Below are positions 52,838 to 64,000 of a DNA stretch of 64,000 nucleotides, piece by piece. Source of the DNA: the human T2T-CHM13v2.0 reference genome, Homo sapiens. Both the position numbers and the translations under genes were made by a program. The notes under the pieces are model-generated. The model was not told where the DNA came from. It searched no databases and saw nothing but the letters and a program-made list of their open reading frames with translations. The stretch lies in the NCBI RefSeq assembly GCF_009914755.1, contig NC_060926.1; one strand, given 5' to 3'. Positions within the stretch are counted from its first letter, which is position 1. Each line of letters opens with the position of its first letter.

Positions 52838-53061
52838 GAAAAAGTTCAAAGCAACCCTTGTGAAAGATCCTTCGGTGCATGACATTTACACCACAGCCAG
52901 CTTCTCTGTGTTCTGATTCAGCATCTCCCAGGCCTCTGATGTCTGTATTAGATCCTACATGGCAGTAGGCTCCATGGTGCCAAAAGACCTGAGCGTCTTT
53001 CTCCTTAAAGGTGACTGCAGCTGTGCCTCCAGGAACACAAACATGCTCAGGAGAATCACAT

Positions 53062-53266
53062 GTTCAAGCGATTCTCCTGCCTCAGCCTCCCAAGTAGTTG
53101 GGATTACAGGTGCCCGCCACCACACCCGGCTAATTTTTTTTATTTTTAATAGAGACAGGGTTCACCATGTTGGCCAGCCTGGTCTCGAACTCCTGACCTC
53201 AGGTGATTCGCCTGCCTCGGCCTCCCAAAGTGCTGGGATTACAGGTGTGACCCACTGCACCTGGCC
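53062..53266 (-). mobile_element. 3'-truncated Alu
   Basis: The Alu stops at ...GAATCGCTTGAAC with no poly-A. Confidence 0.88.
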
Positions 53267-53381
53267 TCAGGTAGATTTTTATATGGCAAGAGCATGCTCT
53301 TATCACTGATGGAAGAAAGCCATGCTGCAAAAGTGAAATAATTACCAATGCTTTGGGCTCACACATCTTTCAAAAGTACTC

Positions 53382-54160
<779 letters not shown>

Positions 54161-54244
54161 TACTCCAAGTATTTCTTTTAATTAATAAGATGAAATTTTG
54201 AACCAAAAGTCACTCACTATTTTACAGACAAATGATCAATGATC

Positions 54245-54577
<333 letters not shown>

Positions 54578-54834
54578 CTAAAAACTACTGAATTGCATAC
54601 TTTAAAAAATTTTTAAATCAACTAAAAAAAAGTTTTCAGAACCAATCTTCAGATGCCTTGTATAGGAAAGAACCTGCAGGTACCCATATACACACACGCC
54701 ACTGTTCCACGTATCCATTAATAAGCTGTTCTTCCCAAATATTGTTATATGGAAATGGTGCCAGAATGACACCAAACCACATGAGACCAGTCCACTCATA
54801 CCCACATGCTCAGAATAACAATGATAATTAATAA

Positions 54835-55060
54835 CTACAATTTATTGAGTGTTAACTATGTGTCACACTCTATACTAAGCACTTTATATGTATTATCTCC
54901 TTTCATCTCTCGTGGCAAACCTTTGAAGTATGTACTATTATCATCCCCATTTTACAGATGATGAAATTGAGGCACAAATAATTTTAATAACTTGTGCCAG
55001 GTTACCTAGTTGGGTGAGCAGACTCATTCCAGGCAACCTGATTCACAAGCCCTATGCTAC
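54835..55060 (-). mobile_element. MIR
   Basis: TTTATTGAGTG...ATCCCCATTTTACAGATGATGAAATTGAGGCAC core. Confidence 0.75.
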
Positions 55061-56663
55061 TCCGCTCCAATTGACCCTGGGGCTTCTTAAAATCACATGC
55101 AAAATTCACTGACTTGTATTCACTGGATAGAAGCTAAGACAGGAGAGCATCTAAGATTTTAAAACAACCAGAACTATTAACTGAAACAGCAATCCTGGAC
55201 AGAAAACTGGAAATACTCAAGCCTCTGAGGTTGAAACTAAGCTCAAGTCTGTATTTCATGTTACTAAGAGCCCTGACAAGTTCAGTGTATAACCTAAGCA
55301 TAAAATTCTAGATTGCAGTTACCCACTACCTATTAGATTAGAGATAGATTATTCCATTTCTCCCTACACACAATAATCTAAAAATCTAAGTGGGAGTGTC
55401 ATTGACAAGAGCAATCAAAATCACTGTATATTGTGTGTATGACTTTATATATATAATATACATGAGTTACATGTTTATATACATGTGTGCTTACCAAACA
55501 GCGAGGAGTAGATGGTAATTTCTAAGTACTACATCCTAGAAGAGGAAGATGGATAAGGGCAAAGTAATCAAAGAAGATTGCTTGAGAAGGCCTTGAAAAT
55601 AGCTTTTGGGAAGGAGGAGCAAGGATAAAGGTCACCACTTGAGGGAGGGTTGGAGCCAATGAGTGGATTATTCCCACGGCCGCAAGGAGTGTACACTGTT
55701 TAATGTACTGGAAAATCAGAGTGGACAGGCAGGAAGGGGTTATGTAAGATCTCCAAAGTCAAGGGGGTGTTTGGACTTGATAGAGTAAGAAAAGGTAAAT
55801 CATTCCTTAGAAAAAGTTGTGCAAGCTGTATTACGTGAGTTTCATACTTCAAAAGAAAGAAACCCTGGCTTTAGTATTTGCTTACTCAACCCTGGAATTC
55901 CACCTGAAATACTGTTTCCTAATTCCATTTTAAATATTCTGTTTCTGTCATGTCTACCCCTGAGGCATGACCTAGTCCAGCCTCGATTTCAGCAAACTCA
56001 AGATAGAAAATGATTGCTTAAAATCACAGCCCTGAACAAAACTGGGCTGGTATGGTCTCTTCACAAAGCCTCTTAGCTTATTGCTAATGAGCATTACATT
56101 TCCTCACACTTCATAGCTTAACCTGTAATGAATCAACATCCTAGTGAATAGGCTGCCCCTTGATGAAACATGCATTTTTTTCATGTGAAAAATATTTCCT
56201 TATACTCAGTCACTGGAATCGTCTTCGTTGGGTAATAAAATTGAATGAGAAATAGACAACTTTTTTGCTGAGTGGCACAGAAATCCACAGTCGCCCGTTT
56301 CACTGTAATATACCGATCAAATACCCAGTCACAGTTGTATTTTATCAGACCCCTATGGAAACTTCTGATCAACTTCTCTCCCTTACTTCCCTGCCCAGGT
56401 AGGACACCCGAATTCTTGGCACTTTGCACAGACATCCAGCTGGGTCTCAGGTGTCTCCGAAGATTTGTGCTTTTCGGCAAAAATCTTACTCAAGGAACAA
56501 ACCCAAAACATCCCATAAGGAACCAAGGGGCTGAGATGGCGCCTCCGCGTGCCCTTCCAGCAAGCCCACCTCCCCAACTCACACAAGCACACAGGTGTCC
56601 ACACTCTCGGCGCCCGGCTACGGCCCAGGTAAGCCCAGATCCCGGCCCGGGCGGCGCACCCAC

Positions 56664-56758
56664 CTGACGAGGGGCTCCTTCTCAGGCAGGGCGCGCTCCT
56701 CCAAGCACTCGCACCCGCAGCAGCAGCACACGGTTCTCAGCCAGTCCCTCAGCCCCAT
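56664..56758 (-). CDS. MREG: Melanoregulin coding exon 1 (MGLRDWLRTVCCCCGCECLEERALPEKEPLV + AG)
   Basis: The translation matches the N-terminus of human melanoregulin, including the Cys cluster. ATG at 56758-56756; 95 nt followed by donor AG|GTGGGT (phase 2). Confidence 0.97.
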
Positions 56759-56901
56759 GGAGAGCGAGGGCCCCCACCGGCGCCGGAAGCCTGGGGCCGA
56801 GTCGCCGCGGCGAGCGATCGAGGCTGGGGCGCGGCCACCGCGCCAGCGTCCAGGTGCGGGGACAGCGGCAGCCCGGGCGTCGCGGGCTGGTCCGCGCGCA
56901 T
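56749..56901 (-). other. Candidate upstream overlapping ORF (50 aa) in the MREG 5' leader
   Basis: ATG at 56901 in context GTGATGC; open for 50 codons; out of frame with MREG; TGA at 56751-56749 lies inside MREG codons 3-4. Confidence 0.5.
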
Positions 56902-57799
56902 CACGCCGCGGCCGGGGACGCGGGCGAGGGCTGCAGGCCGCGCGCCCTCCTCTCCTTGCGTTTTGTTTGGGGCGTGAGTTTTCTTCGGGCTTTTTTTCCC
57001 CTCTTTTAATTCCCCGAGCGCAATTTGGGGCGCATGCGTCCACGAGACGCCCCGCTACCGCCCTCTAAGGGTGAAGCAGGGACTCCAGCCAGTCCTCAAA
57101 ATCCCAGGGCACCGGAGGCTGGCAGCCGGGCTGGGGGAGGGCGGGGAGGGGAAAGCCCTGGAGCCACAGAGCACGAGGTTGGGCTGAATCTATTCGTACC
57201 TTTTATTGGCTTCACTGCGCGAGGAAATTAAAGATCCTCCCCCACCCCTACAGGCCTTCAAAGCAGAGTTTTGGGCATGTTTTTGATGTCAGCTCCACAC
57301 AGAGTAAAAGTTACCAAAAGAGCATGGATTGATGCATATCGGCGTAGGGTTTTTTTTTAAATAATATATTTACAATGATTTGAAAAATTGTTTTCAAACC
57401 TCCTAGTCCTTAAATAGCCCCTATTTGTGAGGCAACCACTTGTGAGTTTCCAGAGCTATTTATATATAGTTGTATTTATTTGTGCTTGTACAAACTTGTT
57501 AATATATGTGCCTGTCCTCATCCCTTTGACCCAAACAGCGGCATACTCCACACATTTCTGCACCTGGCTTTTTTGACTCAGTGTATCATGGAGGCTGTCC
57601 CTTGTCAGCGCGTGGATATCCTCCTCTCATTTTAACAGTTGCATGCTAAGCAGTTTTAAGGATGCCCACATGTTACTTACTCAGACCCCTATTGATGGAC
57701 ATATGGGTGGATTCCGGCCTTTCATTATTAAGATAATGCTGCAGTGAACATTCTTGAACCAAAGTATTTGAACACGTCTGCAAGAATGTCTATTGGATA

Positions 57800-58102
<303 letters not shown>

Positions 58103-58309
58103 GATATATATATCTATTGGATAAATGTTTGGCAGTTGAATTGCTGGGTCATTGGTCAGGTGCCTTTTTAATTTTGATGGATCTTGCCAAATTGCTCCCC
58201 AAAGAAATAATCCGAATTTACTCTCTGACCAGCAACATATGAAAGTATCTACTTCCCTATACCCTCGCCAAATGCAAGGTTCAATCTAAAGTTTTGTCTT
58301 TTCCAGTCT

Positions 58310-59360
58310 GATTTATTCAACAAATATTTATGGAGCATCTCATCTGTTATGTGCTGGGTATTTTCTAAGAGCCGGGAATAAAGCAGTGAATGAAACAAAT
58401 ACAAATCTTTACTCTAATGGAGCAAACGTTCTAGTGGGAAGTCAGACAAAGTATTATTCAATATGTTAGGAGTCCATATGTACTATGGAGAAAAATAAGG
58501 CAGGGAAGGGAATAAGAAGTGCCAGGGAGAGCGGGGTGTGTGTGTGCACGCGTGTGTGTGCGCGCGTGCGTCTGTGCGTGCGTACGTGTGCGCGCGCGCG
58601 TGCGTGTGTGTTCGTGTATGTGTGCGTGTGCGTGTGTGTGTTGGGTGGAGGGGAGTGATGCCTGCACTTTTAAATGAGGTGGTCAGGGAAGGCCTCGCTG
58701 AGACTGTGACATGTAAGAAAAACTTGAAGGAGGTGAGCAAGCTAGCCATGATATCGCCAGGAAGAGTATTTCAGGCGGAGTGAATATGGGCAAAACCCCA
58801 GAGGAGGGAGAATGAACTATAGGGTACCTGTGGGAGAATATGGACTCTAGGGGCCCTAGAGAGAAGGGGGCCATGGAAAGGGAAGAGTTATAGGAGATAG
58901 CGGAACACGGGACGTTGCAGGACATTGATTGCAAGGACTCTGGATTTTGCTCCACATGAGCTGAGAAAATCTTCAGAGGTTTTTGAGTAGAGGGAACGAT
59001 ATGGTCTAACTGAGATGGTAATAGGATCCAATGGCTGCTGTCTTGAGAAAAACCTAAGTGTCAAGGGAGATGTATATGGAGGCCATCCTAAAGGTCCAGG
59101 TGACAGATGACAGTGGTTTACACCAGGGTGGTGGGTGGTAGCAGTCGAGGTGGTAAGGAACGGCTGGACTCTAGCTGGAATTTGAAGGTAGAGCCAACAG
59201 GATATGCTGAAGGATTGTAAATAGGGTGTGAAAAGAAAAGAAAAAAGTGAGTCCCAAGTTTTGGATTTATAAACTTGGAGGCTGAATCTCCACTGGCTGA
59301 GATAGAGGAGTGTGGGAGGAGCCGGTTTGGAGGGTGAGGAGGAGGAGCAAGAGCTTATGA
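58310..59360 (-). mobile_element. L2 fragment
   Basis: ATTTATTCAACAAATATTTA start and typical L2 antisense text (GGTCAGGGAAGGCCTC.CTGAG, GAAGGTAGAGCCAACAGGA). Confidence 0.7.
58536..58640. repeat. Mixed (GT)n/(GC)n alternating purine-pyrimidine tract
   Basis: Read directly from the sequence; CpG-rich. Confidence 0.92.
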
Positions 59361-61244
59361 AAGTGTCAATCCTCATGGGCGGTGTATTATTTTTAAAAGT
59401 GTCTTACTACACATAGGTTTGTCCTGTTCCAGCTACAGTGTGAGGCTGAAGGGACTTATCAAGTACATAATTCATTGAAAGGCTACGAAGGGATAAAGAA
59501 AAATAACAGAAGGTCCCTGCAGCCTCTGGCTTAGCTGGGGAGACAGGATATGGACCCATCATGAAACATTAACAGGATGTGACAGAGAACCAGCTGTCAC
59601 CAGACAGCACAGGACTGTGTTGTCATGCCCACACCATGTCGCTTACCACTTGCACCTGGTGCCAAGATGGAGGCTGAGTGTGGTTTTACAAAGCACACTT
59701 CCTACTGGCTGGAAAATCCCCTGGTAAAAATGACTGTATTCTGAAATTGGATTTTGGATTTTGAGATAATCCACCTAGGTTCAAATAGAAAGTGGGTAAA
59801 GGAGGGTCCCAAAATGTGAACTCAGCTAGCAAGAAAATGAAAACTAGGGACTGACAGCTACTAGTAACTATTTGAGTTGGATTTGCTGAGAATGGAGAAA
59901 TTGGAGCATTCAGCTCCTGGAAAATATAAGTGCTGTGCCCCATTACTAACTTTGATTTTTAAACATGTCACTTAATTTTTCTGAACCTCAGTTTTCTAAT
60001 CTATGAAATAGAGGTGACAAGTCTTACCCTATTTAACACAGTTGTGAGACTCAAATGAGACAGTCTTAAAACCTTTATAAAGCCCTGAAGAAATATCAGA
60101 ATTCAATATTATTAAACAAATTCAAATAATATAGGCCCGTTTGGGGAAATGTCAGCTCCAGCACTACTTGGCTTGCATATGACATTTGTACCTCTGCAAT
60201 ATACAGGCATCTTTTATGTGGTTTGTTTCAGACAGGATATTTATAGAAAGCCACAGAACTACATCTATTTAACAAACTTGATCAAGAGGTTAATGTCCTG
60301 CCTTGCTAAGGATCACATCAAATGTTTGCCAACTGTAACAGTTACTAACATTTTTAAAATTAATTTTAAGTTCTAAAACTTCTAAATGAAATAGTCTTCT
60401 AAAAAATTGGAATATTACAGCTCAGATTCCCTCTGTTGACTATCCACAACCTAATCCCCTTTCTACCTCCACCCTCCACATCCCCCCGGGTAACCATTAT
60501 TATCAATATGGTACAAACCTTTTTCTGGACACATAAACACATATGTGTACTTGTGATGTAGCATCATTGTGTGTGCTGTTATTGTTAGTGAGTTTTGTTT
60601 TGTTTTGTTTATCTAAAAGGCGTGCAGCATCTATTTGCAAGCTTTTTCTATTTAATAATATGTCTTGGAGAGCAATCCTTGTTAGTATACTAATACTACC
60701 TCATTCTTATTAACTGATGTGAGTCTTCTGTTTACTAGGTTTTTAGGGATTTTTAGATCAGTTTTTCTTAGCATTCCTCTTCCCGGAATTTTAATGCCTT
60801 CACTATTTCCTTGATAAATTACAACTTTGATGGGAATAAAAACGTGACCAAACTCTCCAGTTTCACATTCAAATATGGTAGCTGAGATCACATTTTGACA
60901 ATCCTATTTCAGATATCATTCACAGGGCAGCAGCAAGTTTCCCCTTTTTTAGAGTGGCGCTAGATGGTTCCTACTGCCTGAGTTGAAGCCAACACCGCCA
61001 ACCACATGCAGCAGCATCTGACTTTTACCAAGAGCCCTCTGGGCACCTGATGTCCGGGAAGTAGGCAGTCCCCTGCCATCAGTGACTCACAGACCCATCA
61101 GCTGCTTGTTTCCAAGGCAGACCTGCTGGCTCCTATTTTCAGATTTCCCCATAGCAGGGGAAACTCTACAGTCTGGTTTGAAAACAACTAGTAGAATTTG
61201 GAGGCCCCTCTCTTTAAGAATTTTTTTACGACTTCTGGGAGTTA

Positions 61245-61676
<432 letters not shown>

Positions 61677-62196
61677 TCATTCAGTTATTTGTTCTACAAA
61701 AATTTATTAAGTCAGGAACTGGGAATACAATGGTGAACTAGAATGTAGGGTCCATTCATGGAGGCAGGGATTTTGTTTTGTTCTTTGCAATATCCCCAAC
61801 GCCTAGAACAGTGCAGACCTTGCCATACGACAACATCTAGAACAATGCACGCACATAGTGGGCACTTAACAAATGTGCTGAATAAACACAAGAAAACAGA
61901 AAAAGAGCTATTTAGTGTTGGCATGGAAGGTTATGTTTAATTCTGAGGAGTCTATTTATGAGCTGCCCACATCCAGCAGAGAAAAACGAACAAGTAGCGT
62001 CTTCCTTAAAGAAAAAATAGGGTTTCTGAAACAAACCAGTACTCTGAGCCAAGCATCATCACTCACCCCAAGTGATCCAAGATAGAGAAGCAACATGCCT
62101 CACCTCTCCAGAGAAGTCACATTAGGGAGTGGCATGACTAATGTTACCAAAGTAAAATCCGCCAAGGGTCCTTATAGAGTCTGTTGTTTCTACCTG

Positions 62197-62680
62197 TGTA
62201 GTATCCCTCACTCTGCCTTTTGGTAACAGTGTTTTGTTTTCCTTTGAAGAACATGCCCCCAATTCAATAGGCTGGCTATAACAATGAAGGTACCTTCCAT
62301 CCCTCACCCCTAACCCTCAACAGGAAATGGACATGTGACCAAGAAATTGACATGTGACCAAGATGAGCCAATCAAACACTCTTTCTATAATTTGCTTCTT
62401 AACGGCAAAGACTCAAAGTTGGAAAACAGCTGGAGTTGAGGCATGAATTATTTTAAGGGTAGCATCTTGAAGAGCAGACCCAACCACAATTGCTCTAGGC
62501 TTTAGATGCTTAGAGCTTTCCTGCTCTTGCATTTCCGAAACAAGATCTATTATTCTAGCTCTTTAGTACTCCCATCATTCTATGGGTTACTCCATAACTT
62601 GTCAATCAATACTAATTTTTTTTTCTTTTTTGGCTTAAGTTAACCAGTGTTAGAGTCTGTTGCTTTCAGAACTAACCCCA
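62197..62680 (+). mobile_element. Probable old ERVL LTR (LTR33/LTR16-like)
   Basis: GGACATGTGACC...GAGCCAATCA motif and 3' GCTTAAGTTAACCAGTGTTAG...TCTGTTGCTT. Confidence 0.45.
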
Positions 62681-62927
62681 TATAGTCCCCTGAACTGGGT
62701 TAAGAGGCAGGAAAAGGGTAATTGTGATGAGAGAGCGAGCTAATCCTGAAAAAACACAACTCTCTTTTAGGCAGGGTACAACACACCAAAGTTTGATTTA
62801 GTCAGGTGAGATTTTTATTTCTGTTTCTCTGCTTGGCTTTGCCTCCCTGAAGAGAAACAGACACTATCTATCTGTTTCTGTCTGTCCTATCACTCTGTCG
62901 TTTCCCATAATGCAAAGGACTTTCTAA

Positions 62928-63235
<308 letters not shown>

Positions 63236-64000
63236 TCAAACTATTTTTATTGGGTGCAGTTTGTTGGTTCCCTCCCTTCCCCAAAATATATACTCTAGAA
63301 AACCTTAATAGTCATAGTCTTTGCTTATTCTTCAGTTCCAAGCAACAAACATATTATAACTTCTCCTCAAAATTCAGTAGAGATTACTCTCTAGGCAACT
63401 TCATACTCGGGAATAATTCTGCCCTTTTAAAAAGAGAATAATTTTTCCCAGGGAGGAAAAAAAAACACATACGCTGGGCTGGAAGAGGAGTAGAGCACGG
63501 TAAGATGTTTTTCTTCAAGAAAGTTTGGCTCTTTCAGCCCTTCCATGAAGGGATTCTAACCCTGTTGCGTGTCCAACACCTTTTTGTATAGCTATTATGA
63601 CCTTTATCTGCTGGATATTAATCATCTTCTAATTATTAAGGACAAAAAACATCACTCAAACTAGTTTAAGAAGAAATGTACTGCCTCAAGTAACTGGAAA
63701 CTTCAGACATTATGCTAGCTTTAGACATAACTGGATCCAGGCCCTCCAAAGATAAAATAAAGATTGGTCTCTTTTCATCTCTGAGCTCTGAGTTATGGCA
63801 TTCTCAGGTCCCCACTAGGCCTGAATTGCACCGTCTTTCCTGTTAGTGATCTTAGCAGAAAGAGGATAGCTCCTTCCCAGACAGTTGATCAACAGGCCCA
63901 GGCTTGACTCTCCTTGACCCAAATGGAACCAATTGCTGTGCTCGGAGGGAGAAAATACATCTACCTAGCAGGTTCTAGTCTCATGCACACCCTTGCAGAG

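Larger units (their letters stand above)
56530..57240. promoter_or_regulatory. MREG: CpG island / MREG promoter and 5' UTR
   Basis: Dense CpG and high GC around exon 1. NRF1-like GCGCATGCG at 57030-57038; GC box GGGCGGGG at 57139-57146. Confidence 0.88.

Noticed and set aside
56595-57068. 157-aa plus-strand ORF across exon 1
   Set aside because: Arg/Ala/Pro/Gly-rich product of stop-poor CpG-island sequence with a non-ATG start.

Overview
This is primate (almost certainly human) genomic DNA containing the 5' part of MREG (melanoregulin) on the minus strand. It includes a CpG-island promoter, exon 1 (ATG at 56758), a 16.8-kb intron 1, the 160-bp coding exon 2 (39742-39901), and about 39.7 kb of intron 2 running off the window start. 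I found no further MREG exons. The rest is mostly interspersed repeats: about 30 Alus, a decayed full-length L1PA-type LINE-1, other L1/L2/MIR pieces, MaLR/ERVL solo LTRs, MER33/MER58/MER82 DNA-transposon relics and microsatellites. Nearly all ORFs in the track are repeat-derived or chance. I see no convincing new multi-gene system. The most unusual signals are: (1) a near-identical ~645-bp inverted duplication in intron 1, with a fold-back hairpin at its junction and another at a nearby broken Alu, suggesting a template-switching scar and possible inversion substrate; (2) a 50-codon out-of-frame uORF overlapping the MREG start codon; (3) a CpG-rich Z-DNA-type tract and a G4 motif upstream of the promoter. 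Repeat subfamily names come from remembered consensus sequences, and repeat boundaries are approximate.
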